This document shows positions 31,028 through 40,506 of a stretch of 44,430 nt of DNA, one piece after another (the first letter of the stretch is position 1; each line of letters opens with the position of its first letter). The notes beneath the pieces are model-generated. The model was not told where the DNA came from. It did not search any database and saw only the letters and a list, made by a program, of their open reading frames with translations. The DNA lies in the NCBI GenBank assembly GCA_013416795.1, contig RQSC01001147.1, positions 97,270-141,699 of the forward strand, read 5' to 3'. Origin of the DNA: Prasinococcaceae sp. CCMP 1430. Lineage: Eukaryota; Plantae; Prasinodermophyta. A program made the position numbers and the translations under genes.

Positions 31028-31106
31028 GCACCGTCCCATGACGCGCCGGTGGTAAAGCGGCCCTCGGCCGCATCGCCGGATGCTGAAAACACACACACGA
31101 CGGTGC
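31028..31106 (+). promoter_or_regulatory. Eukaryotic type II SECIS element in the MSP 3' UTR
   Basis: Helix I GCACCGUC(31028-35)/GACGGUGC(31099-106); AUGAC(31038-42) opposite UGAA(31084-87) gives the G.A/A.G quartet; 11-bp helix II with one bulged A; unpaired AAA(31054-56); mini-stem GCGGCC/GGCCGC. Confidence 0.9.
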
Positions 31107-31209
31107 CACTCGCAGCGGGCCGCACGGGCCACCCGCGCGGCCACAAGCGACCGTGTTGCACAAGAGTAATGATCAAGCATTGTATGAGTACACAGCGCCG
31201 TCGAGGCGC

Positions 31210-32842
31210 TCAGTCGTCGACGAAAAGGGAGCTCGCAGAGTAGTCGAGCACCCACTTGACGCTCGCGACGTACATCGCCGCGTGGCGAGCGACGTACAAG
31301 CCCACCACAGCGGCCGCCTCGGCGTAGCCCGCACCCGTCCCTTGGCCGGCGGACGCGGCGGCCTCGCGAATGGACTCGATCCAGTCGAAGCCTCCGATGG
31401 TCATCAGCGCGGTGACGCTCAGCACGGCGGCGATGGCGTCCTGCGTGAGGGCGGACATGCGCGGCGGCGGCGAGCCCTCAGGCTGGCCGCCGGACCGCCA
31501 GGCCTCCGTCCACTCCGCCGCCTCGTCCTCCGCGCTCATCGCCTGCGGAATTCAGAAGCGAGGGACGGGCGCGGCAGCGCGCCATCGTGCGCGCGGGCGG
31601 GGGTGAGCACGCGAGCGCGCGCGCGTGCGCGCGCAGCGCCAGGACACGGAGCAAGCGCCCCAACGCAGGTGCGCATCTCGTGCGCTATGGCAACCGCACG
31701 CACGGCGCTGCGCACGGCGCCGCGCGTGTACGCACCGGCATCGGGACGAAGCCCCGTTCTGCGAGCGAAGCGACGAGGTCTTCCATGTGCAGAACCCCGT
31801 ACAGGAGCGCCGCCGAAGGCACCGCCCCCACTCCCGCTGCCGAACCTGCCGCGGACTGCCTCGCGAGCGCCGCGTCGAGCGTGCGCAGCGCGGCGTCGTT
31901 GCGCGCTCGAATGACCACCGCATCGGCGCGCTCGCTCTGGCCTGACACGACGAGCTGCGCGAGCGCGAGCCTGCGTGCGCCCTCCAGGTCGAGTCTCGCC
32001 GCTGCGCGCACCGTGGCCGCCAGCGCAGGCGCGGGTCGCCCTCCCTGCCACGACCAGTCGAGGCACAGCAGCGCCGCTTCCGGGGCCGGCGCCAGCCAGC
32101 ACAGCGCCCGCAGCGCCCGCGCACCCGCCGTGGCGACCGCGCCAGCAGCGCGGCTCCCTGCCGCGTCGCTGCGCGAACTCGCGCCGGGCCCCGCCCAAAG
32201 GGCCGCCCACGCAGCCCCAGCCGCTCCGCCGCGATATGTGCTCGTCCCCCCCCGCCCCTGGTCGTCCTGCAGCGCGCCCAGCTCCGCCGCGCTCAGATCC
32301 GCCACGTACCACCGCGCGGAGCGGTACGCCTGCTGTAGCGCATCGAGCTGCGCGACGAGCCCGTGATTCGCGGCGAGGCGCCGCTGCTGCGCGGTGGGGT
32401 ACAGGTCGCACGAGAGCTGGCGCAGGGCCACGGGCGTCGCCTCGATCGACCACGTGAGGCTCTCGTCCGCCACCATCTCGAAGAGCGTCTCCCGCGCGCC
32501 CGCGCGGCAGCGGTCCGCCAGCGCGGCGAAATACTCGCTCGTGCCGACGTGCACGCACCCGACAAGCTCGACCCGCGCGCCATCATCGCGCCGCACCAGC
32601 GTGCGCGCGCGCGTCTCGAGCACCCACGCCCCTCGCTCGGCATCCTCCAGCCGCAGGCGCACGCTCTGCCCCGCCGCCGCGCCCCCCGCCACCCCCCACG
32701 ACCTCTCCAAGTCGTTCTTCACCCCTTCCCCCTGCTGCCCGATCACTCGCGCGCGCTCGCGCTGTGGCGCACCGGCGCAGATTCGCGCCCTCTCTCTCTC
32801 GCGCCTGAGGCGCATGCTTGCCAATGAGGGCGAAGCAGGCAC
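31210..32842 (-). CDS. TraB/GumN-like hypothetical protein with C-terminal TM segments; exons ~32842-31736, 31542-31210; start uncertain
   Basis: VELVGCVHVGTSEYF, LVAQLDAL, VVIRARNDAAL and LLYGVLHMEDL resemble TraB-like proteins. Phase-0 intron 31735-31543. A GTAAGT donor at 32863 suggests a further 5' exon. Confidence 0.65.
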
Positions 32843-33075
32843 ATAGACCCACGGGCGACTTACTTATCGAGATGGAGTCGATCATAAACCCTACATGACA
32901 TCAATCCATGCAGCAACTACAGTAAAGTACTGCACAGCACCATCATCATGGTACGGTACATACCCCAAACAAAGGAACCCTAACATGCCGCTGGCGTGCC
33001 CCCCTCATCCCCCTGGCCCCCTCCTCCTTGAAAACCCGCGTTCGTCCTCCGCCCTGCCCTCGTCCCGCGCCAGTA

Positions 33076-33254
33076 NNNNNNNNNNNNNNNNNNNNNNNNN
33101 NNNNNNNNNNNNNNNNNNNNNNNNNNNNNNNNNNNNNNNNNNNNNNNNNNNNNNNNNNNNNNNNNNNNNNNNNNNNNNNNNNNNNNNNNNNNNNNNNNNN
33201 NNNNNNNNNNNNNNNNNNNNNNNNNNNNNNNNNNNNNNNNNNNNNNNNNNNNNN
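33076..33254. other. Assembly gap (179 N), probably containing the NF-YB first exon
   Basis: Run of N. Confidence 0.98.
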
Positions 33255-33360
33255 GGGGGGGAAGAGGAGAGCGTTTCGGGTTGCGCGCACGCTGACACGC
33301 AGACCTTCGCCAACCATGCCCCGGTGCTGACCCACCCACGCACCCACCCACCCTGCTCAG

Positions 33361-34114
33361 GATCATGAAAAAGGCGCTGCCGAGCAACGCAAAGGTCGCC
33401 AAGGACGCCAAGGAGACTGTGCAGGAGTGCGTGAGCGAGTTCATCTCCTTCATCACCTCGGAGTACGTACGCGCGAGCGGGCGGCCGCGCGGGGAACGGC
33501 GGCGAGGCAATGCTGGGGGCGCGAGTGCGTTGGGAGAGATTTGCGCCTCTCACGGCACGAAAGGGGGGGTGCGGCGGTTGGCTAGGTCGTCGCGACTAGG
33601 TCGCGCACCTTCGCTGTTTGCCGCGACCTGATTGCGTGAGCTGACCGCCCCCCTCACCCCATCCCCACCCATCCATTCAACCCAACTCCCGACCCTCCTT
33701 GCCTGCCGCGTGATCCCGCCACCTCCTCCCTCGTCGCGTCTCGACGCACCCTGTTCATGCGCGCCCTGTCTCTCGCCCGGCTTGCTCCACAGGGCGAGCG
33801 ACAAGTGCCAGCGCGAGAAGCGCAAGACCATCAACGGCGACGACCTGCTGTGGGCGATGTCGACGCTCGGCTTCGAGGAGTACGTCGAGCCGCTCAAGGT
33901 GTACCTGCACAGGTACAGGGAGAGCGAGGGCGAGAAGGCGTCGGCGGCCAAGGAGGGCAAGGCGCCGGTGAGTTCATTCGGCGCGCTGAAGAGGGCGAGC
34001 GCACTTGCGCGCCGCGCGCCACACCCGGCGCACAACGCGCACGCCACACGTCCGTATGGTCTGAGCAACGGCCGCTGACCCCCCTTCGCGCTCTCACAGG
34101 ACGCGCAGTTCTGA
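33361..34114 (+). CDS. NF-YB: Nuclear factor Y subunit B (CBF-A/HAP3), 5'-partial; exons 33361-33462, 33793-33967, 34100-34114
   Basis: [34 protein letters not shown]|[43 protein letters not shown] histone-fold signature; introns are frame-consistent. Confidence 0.96.
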
Positions 34115-34443
34115 GCATCGGCAGTGCCTGCATGCGCTCCTCGCGCGCCCGCGCAGCGCTGCACGAAGGCGGCGCATACGACTGGCACCCGTAGTCGCAT
34201 GCGCATGCGTGCGACCTTTTTGATCCTTCCGCGGGCGCGGCGCTACCTCTAAGATAGCCAAGACGCGCAGGCGTGGCATGTACCTCAAGGCGAACCGCGT
34301 CCACGCGAGTCCAGCTGCGCTCGGCGGCGCCGCAGTGAGATCCGAACGTGAGCTCAGGCGCGCGTGTGGGTGACGAGTACGCGCGGGCCTTGGGTGTGCT
34401 AAATGGTTTTAGTTGTTACACGAACGAAGCAGCGGCGGGGGGT

Positions 34444-35441
34444 TTACTCCTCGTCCTCCTCCTCCTCCTCGTCCTCCTCCTCGTCCTCCTGCATCAAAGC
34501 GGGGTGCATCGCAAGCCGGGCCAGGTGGGGTCAGCAACTAGTGCAGGGACTGGACAGCGCACCGACGCGCGCGACGGCGCACGCGCGCGGTGGCACGCGC
34601 TGCGTGCCGCGCGCGCTTGCAAACGCACCTCGTCCTCCTCGAAGATGAAGCCCTGGGCACGGCCACTCAGCACCATCTTGGCCGTGGAGAGCGCCTGTCA
34701 CGCGCACGTCGCACGAGCGCGTCTTGTCGTCAGCACCGCGACGAGAGCGACAGAAAGCATTCCCAAACCCTCTCAGGTCGGCGCGCGCAGCGACGGCCGC
34801 AGCGCCGCGCACGCTCACCTTCTCCGCCTGCACCTGGCCCTGCTTCATCCACACGGCGCGGTGGGTGCGCTTCTTCATCTTGGAGCGGCGCTTCTTCGGC
34901 ACAGCCATGCACACGCTGCGGTCGCGCCAAGCAGAGCGCGGGCGAGACGGCGGGGCGCGCCACGAAGGCTGTCAGCGAGTGCGCTCGGGCGTCCATACCA
35001 GAGGCAACCCCGCGGCGCTTGGCATTTCGTGCGGGGCGCGGCGTGTGCTGCACCCCACGCAAGCGATGCTGCGCTACCCTGCGCGAACATTTCCGCTTGG
35101 GGCGAGGGGCCGTCGCGCCGCCCCCGGCCCGGCGGCGGCAGCAGCGCACGCGATGCCCTTCGAAGCGCGCGCGCTCGCACGCGTGCACTCCCCCTCCCCT
35201 TCACTGCACGCGCACCCACGCACGCGCGCATGCGCTCGCTCTCGCGGCGTGGCCCTTTCTTCTCCCATACACACCGCCCGCCCTCGCGCCGCGCCCTGTG
35301 CTCGCGGCGCCCTCACCAGTCGCGCGACTGCTGGACCCCCCCTGCCGGCGCGGGCGCGACGCGCGGGCGCGCGCCCATGAACGCCGACTGCGCGGCGGCG
35401 GGCGCCGCCGCCGACACGCGCGCTGCGACCGCGAACACCAT
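34444..35441 (-). CDS. rpl32: Nuclear-encoded plastid ribosomal protein L32 (bL32c) with transit peptide and acidic tail; exons 35441-35317, 34915-34819, 34694-34629, 34488-34444
   Basis: Spliced: MVFAVAARVSAAAPAAAQSAFMGARPRVAPAPAGGVQQSRDC VCMAVPKKRRSKMKKRTHRAVWMKQGQVQAEK ALSTAKMVLSGRAQGFIFEEDE EDEEEDEEEEEDEE*. All three introns are GT-AG and in phase; TGTAA on the minus strand at 34416-34420. Confidence 0.88.
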
Positions 35442-36073
35442 GGCGTTCGTGGGTGTGCGCGTAGGCTGCAATGTGGCGCGCCTCGGTCGCTCCCCCCGCT
35501 CTCTCCCCCCTCTCCGCCCGCCCGCCGGCGTGCGTGCGCAGATTGTACGATTCTTACGGCTCCTCCCTCGCGCGCGGGGCGCGCTGCCGGCAGCCCCCTT
35601 TGCCCGGCAGCGCCTGCGGCGCGGATCGCGCGGTCGGTCGGTGCGATGCGGTTCCCCACGTATGATCCTACGCACCATCTGCTGCCACCACACCCGTCGC
35701 CACCATCACCGCCATCATCGCCCCCCTCCTCGCGTCGAAAACGCACGTCACCATGCATTGCGCCGGGCGATGCTCGCGCGCCGCGCGGCCACGTCGCGCC
35801 CGCGGCCGAGGCCGAGGCGAGCGGAGATGAGCCCCATCCGTCAGAACGAAAGGGAGGCGGAGGCGCGCGGGGTCGCAGGCCCGGCCCGGATGTGCTGGGT
35901 GGCTGGTGGTCGACACGGAGACTGAGGCGGAGACGAGCCTCCGGAGTCGAGCGTGCGCTTGTGGAGGTTCTGGGAAAGGGCTCGGAACATTTGGGTCACA
36001 CCAGCCAGGCGACCGGCGAGCGGGTCTGGCTGGACTGGCTGGAGCTGGAGTCTCTCGCCGGACGCGGTCGCCT

Positions 36074-36185
36074 CGATCGATCGATCGATCGGTCAGTCGG
36101 TGTCCATTTCCCGCACCGCGCGGAATGTACAACGAATCGTTGTTTGGGAAATGATGGACATCGATCAATCGATCGATCGATTGAT
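36074..36185. repeat. (GATC)n-flanked inverted-repeat element
   Basis: GATC tandem arrays at both ends; arms TGTCCATTTCCC and GGGAAATGATGGACA; inner hairpin ACAACG-AAT-CGTTGT. Confidence 0.7.
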
Positions 36186-36410
36186 GAGGCGCGCACGACT
36201 CCGGATCTCTCTCTGCGTGGAGCGCTCGCTCTCTCGGTGGGCGCGCGCTCTCGATTGTGCGGCCTATCCCCGCGCCTGATCCGAGACGGCCCAGACGGAG
36301 GGCTGCGCCAGCCAGCGCGCGTGCAAGCGCGCCTGCAGAGTGCGGTCGCGCAGATCTGCGAGCGCTGCGGCGCGGCGGCTGCGCGGATGGCGGCGTGGGC
36401 GGCGCGCGTG

Positions 36411-36470
36411 NNNNNNNNNNNNNNNNNNNNNNNNNNNNNNNNNNNNNNNNNNNNNNNNNNNNNNNNNNNN
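36411..36470. other. Assembly gap (60 N), probably containing TrpRS 5' exon(s)
   Basis: Run of N. Confidence 0.98.
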
Positions 36471-36612
36471 GCGGGCGCCGGGCCGGCGCGCGTGTGCGGG
36501 GGCGCGCGGAAGAGGGGGGAGCTCGCTCGCTCGCTCGCTCGCTCGCTCGCGCTGACGCGCGCGCGCCCCCCGAACGGCCCCCGCAACGCCACTCCCTCCC
36601 GTGGTGCGACAG

Positions 36613-37627
36613 GGGCATCTTCTTCGCGCACCGCGAGCTCGACCAGATTCTGGACGCGTACGAGAAGGGCGAGCCCTTCTACCTGTACACCGGCCGCGGC
36701 CCGAGCTCGGAGGCGCTGCACATGGGCCACCTCATCCCCTTCCAGTTCACCAAGTGGCTGCAGGACGCGTTCAAGGTGCCGCTGGTGATCCAGCTGACGG
36801 ATGACGAGAAGTGCATGTGGAAGAACCTCAGCGTCGAGGAGGCGCAGCGCCTCGCGCGCGCCAACTGCAAGGACATCATCGCGTGCGGCTTCGACCCGCA
36901 GCGCACGTTCATTTTCTCGGACTTCGACTACCTCGGCGGGCCGTTCTATCACAACGTGGTGCGCATCGCCAAGTGCGTGACGCTCAACCAGGTGCGCGGC
37001 ATCTTCGGCTTCCAAGGCGAGGACCACATTGGAAAGGTCGCCTTCCCGCCCGTGCAGGCCGCGCCGAGCTTCCCGACGTCCTTCCCGCACATGTTCGGCA
37101 CCCGCTGCGATGTGCGCTGCCTCATCCCGTGCGCCATCGACCAGGACCCGTACTTCCGCATGACGCGCGACGCCGCGCCGCGCCTGGGCTACCTGAAGCC
37201 GGCGCTCATCGAGAGCCGATTCTTCCCGGCGCTGCAGGGCGAGTCGGGCAAGATGAGCGCCAGCGACCCGAAGTCCTCCATCAACGTGACCGACACGCAC
37301 AAGGAGATCAAGAACAAGATCAACAAGTACGCGTTCTCGGGCGGCGGGGAGACCGTGGAGGAGCATCGCAAGAACGGGGCGAACCTGGCCGTCGACGTGC
37401 CCTGGAAGTACCTGAACTTCTTCCTGGACGACGACGAGGAGCTGCAGCGCATCGGGCGGGAATACGGCTCTGGGCGTATGATGACCGGCGAGATCAAGGC
37501 CAAGCTGGTCGAGGTGGTCTCGGAGATCGTCGAGAGGCACAAGGCTGCGCGCGCGCTGGTGACGGACGAGGTGGTCGATGCATTCATGACGCCGAGGCCC
37601 ATGCCCTGGAACGAGCTCTTCGGCTAG
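36613..37627 (+). CDS. WARS: Cytosolic tryptophanyl-tRNA synthetase, 5'-partial
   Basis: [30 protein letters not shown] (HIGH), [14 protein letters not shown] and KMSAS (KMSKS) motifs; acceptor CAG at 36610-36612. Confidence 0.97.
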
Positions 37628-37802
37628 AGGAGTAAGACAGCTGCATATATATATAACATGCGCGGGCGGTGCCTACCGCGCGCTCGCGCGTGGCGCGCGT
37701 GGCGCGTCGAAGGAGCGCATCGCCGCCAAGGCTTCGCGTGGCGCCATTCGGAGATAGAGTACATGCACGCCTCGTCGTGCCGCCGCCGCGCCCCCGTCTC
37801 TT

Positions 37803-38894
37803 TCACGCGTGCGCGTGCGCGACGCCCGCGCTCCGGCGCTCGGCAGCTGCGATGGCTGCAAGGTGCACGCACAGCGCCAGCGTCACGGCCGTGATGAAGG
37901 CGCCGCTCACGCCGCCAAGCAAGTACACTGACATGAGGCATCCCCAGCCGCTCACCACCGCGCCCCAGGTGCTGCCGAGCAGCCACACTCGGTCGCGCAG
38001 GAAAAGCGCCCTCGGCATCATGAGCGCGTTGCCCACCGCACCGATGAGCACGCTCGAAACGCTCAGCCCCGCGAGGGCCTCCGGCGACCGCAGGTTTTGC
38101 GCTATTTGCGAGACGCCGAGGACCATGAAGTGGAGCGTCGCCACCCAAGCTCCGACGCCCACCCATGCTGAGCCCAGCTGGGCGCTGCCTGAGCTCCCAT
38201 CCGCCAAACTCACGACGGCGCGCCGGCGCGCAGCAAGCGCGAGCGCGCACGCCGTCGCCGCCGCCGCCGCTGTGGCGGCGGCTGACGCGCCGCCGTCCAA
38301 ACAAGCCCGCAGCAGGACGGCAGGCAGCGTCGTCGCCCCGCCAAGCACCGCCGCCGCATACCACGCGCCTTGCACCGCCTGCATCCACTGCGCTCCGCCG
38401 CTCCGGCCCTGCGCCTCGCGGCCGCCCAGCAGCGCGCTGACGTTGATCGCCAGGCCCAGCGAGGTCGCGCAGAGCACCGCGACGAGCAGCGGCGCCGGCA
38501 TGTGCCCCGCCACGCAAATCTGCGTGAGCACGGCGGCGTTTCCGAGCACGCCGACCACCTGCACGCCCGCTCCCGCGCGCTCCTCCTCCCGCACGAAGTA
38601 CGACAGCATGAGCATGTTGCCCACGAGGCTCGCGGCGTACCCGGTCCACGGCAGCACGCTGAGCGCGCTGCCCGCGCCCGCCGATATGTTCGCGGCGTTC
38701 TTGAGTATTTGTGGCAACGTGAGCCCGAGGAACGCGACCGTGGACAGGTTCACGAGCCATTCCGAGGTGCGCCCAAAGCGCTCGCGGGCGGCCGCGGCCG
38801 GGTGGACGCTGTCATCGCCCCGGCCACTGCGTCCATCGTCCTCGGCGCTCGTCGCGAGCTGCGCGGCCGAGGCCGAGCGTGGACGCAGCCGCAT
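37803..38894 (-). CDS. MEX1: Plastid envelope maltose exporter MEX1-like
   Basis: LPQILKN, PWTGYAASLVGNMLMLSYF, QVVGV, AGHMP, VSQIAQNLRSPE.LAGLS and GNALMMPRALFLRD.VWL.GS.W match MEX1/RCP1 motifs; multi-TM hydrophobicity. Start uncertain. Confidence 0.88.
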   Translation of the reverse strand: MRLRPRSASAAQLATSAEDDGRSGRGDDSVHPAAAARERFGRTSEWLVNLSTVAFLGLTLPQILKNAANISAGAGSALSVLPWTGYAASLVGNMLMLSYFVREEERAGAGVQVVGVLGNAAVLTQICVAGHMPAPLLVAVLCATSLGLAINVSALLGGREAQGRSGGAQWMQAVQGAWYAAAVLGGATTLPAVLLRACLDGGASAAATAAAAATACALALAARRRAVVSLADGSSGSAQLGSAWVGVGAWVATLHFMVLGVSQIAQNLRSPEALAGLSVSSVLIGAVGNALMMPRALFLRDRVWLLGSTWGAVVSGWGCLMSVYLLGGVSGAFITAVTLALCVHLAAIAAAERRSAGVAHAHA

Positions 38895-39180
38895 CCGCCC
38901 CCACCGACGAGCGCGGGGACATCATCGTCGCTCTCGTCCCCGCTCTGCTTGGCTCGCTGAGTCGCCTCGTCGGCCGCCGTGCGCGCGAGCGCACGAGCGC
39001 GCTTCGCCGCCTTCCGGTGCTTCTTCGTGTTGAGGGCGCCGCGCATCGACGCGTCGCGCGGTGCCGACAGCGCGTCCTGCAGCGCCGTGTACTGCAGGAT
39101 CTGTGTGCCACCGCTCCCGCGGAAGAGGACCGGCAGTGCTTTTGTCACGCCGCCCACAGTCAAGTGCGCCTTGTTCGCGC
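38750..39180 (-). CDS. 3' fragment of an unknown gene starting at the single-N gap (39184); open frame overlaps the MEX1 start
   Basis: After CAG at 39183-39181 the frame reads GANKAHLTVGGVTKALPVLFRGSGGTQILQYTALQDAL...TKKHRKAAK...SGDESDDDVPALV, which is protein-like. No family recognised. Confidence 0.45.
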
Positions 39181-39477
39181 CTGNGTAACGAGAACCTGGC
39201 TGCTTGCTCGCCGGACGGGTGCCCGTGCCACGGCGCGCGGCGCGTCCCGGGTGTCGCCATCAACAAAGCATATTCTTTACCCACGGGAGAGCTCTTTTTG
39301 GCGCGGCGGGGGCTGCGTGTGCGCCGACTTGCCGCTGGCAGCCCGTCGCCGTTGTTACTTTACTATTTCCTTCCGCAGCGGCGGGGCGCGGCGGAATCCC
39401 GGATCCGAATCGGTGGGCGCCCCGCGGTTTCGCGGCCGGCGCGGGCGGTGCGCTGCGCACCGCGGGCGCGCTCCGGC

Positions 39478-39495
39478 NNNNNNNNNNNNNNNNNN
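39478..39495. other. Assembly gap (18 N) followed by a (GC)n run; probably contains the cyclophilin first exon
   Basis: Run of N, then about 13 GC dinucleotides. Confidence 0.95.
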
Positions 39496-39645
39496 GCGCG
39501 CGCGCGCGCGCGCGCGCGCGCGTCCATGCGCCCACCCGTGGCGGCGCGCCGATCGCGCGGCTGCGCCAGCTGACCAGCTGCGCGCCTACCCTCTGCCCGT
39601 TCGCCACGTTGCGTACCTTCTCGCGCTGCCCTCGTCCGCTCGCAG

Positions 39646-40158
39646 ATCTATGTGGACAAGATGCCCATCACCGCCTCGAACTTCATCGACCTCGCCAAGA
39701 CCGGCTTCTACAACGGCATCCACTTCCATCGCGTGATCGACGGCTTCATGCTGCAGTTCGGCTGCCCGCACGCGAAGGACGCCAACTCGAGGCGGGCCGG
39801 CACCGGCGGGCCCAACCCGGGCACGTCGTACAAGAACCTCGCCACGGGCGAGACCATCACGCGCAACCGCGAGGGCGGCATCCCCGACGAGCTCACCCAG
39901 AAGCTCTCCAACGAGCCGGGCACCCTCTCGATGGCCAACACCGGCCAGCCCGAGTCGGGCGGCTCGCAGTTCTTCGTGAACACCGTGCACAACAACTTCC
40001 TCGACTGGTTTGACCGTTCGTCGCCCTCGGCGCACCCGGTCTTCGGCAAGGTGACCTCGGGCATGGACGTCGTCAACAAGATCGGCAAGACCCGCTGCGA
40101 CCACAGCGACCGCCCGGTCCAGCCGATCCAGATGATCAGCGTGGAGGTCTCCGCCTAA
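39646..40158 (+). CDS. Cyclophilin-type peptidyl-prolyl isomerase, 5'-partial
   Basis: [43 protein letters not shown] and HPVFGKV; acceptor CAG at 39643-39645. Confidence 0.95.
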   Translation: MYVDKMPITASNFIDLAKTGFYNGIHFHRVIDGFMLQFGCPHAKDANSRRAGTGGPNPGTSYKNLATGETITRNREGGIPDELTQKLSNEPGTLSMANTGQPESGGSQFFVNTVHNNFLDWFDRSSPSAHPVFGKVTSGMDVVNKIGKTRCDHSDRPVQPIQMISVEVSA

Positions 40159-40506
40159 GCCGAACGCATCCCATCCGAATGAATTTGGCGAACCTCTTCC
40201 TTCAAGGGCCGAGCCCTCCAACCGCGCCTGGTAGCACGCCCCCCAACCCACCCACCCAGAACGATGTTCTACGACCAGATGACTCGCCGGGACGCCGCGG
40301 GGGAAGGCGGGGTGCCAGCGCGCCACGCTCATGAGCCAGCGCAGGCCGCCACTGCAGCCGCAGCGCCGCGCGATGCTCGCCACGACCGCTAAGGGCAGCT
40401 CTGAGTGTACGTATATCTACATGCCGCGAAGGCGCGCGCGCATTGGCGTTGGCCCGCAGGGGCAGGGCGCGGCGCGCGCGTGACTTCGCCCCTCCATCCA
40501 GCGCGC

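Noticed and set aside
32864-32950. C/D-box snoRNA on the minus strand (ATGATGA start)
   Set aside because: No CTGA box D at a suitable distance and no terminal stem.
35996-37540. 514-aa minus-strand ORF
   Set aside because: Antisense shadow of the highly codon-biased TrpRS; it also crosses an N gap.
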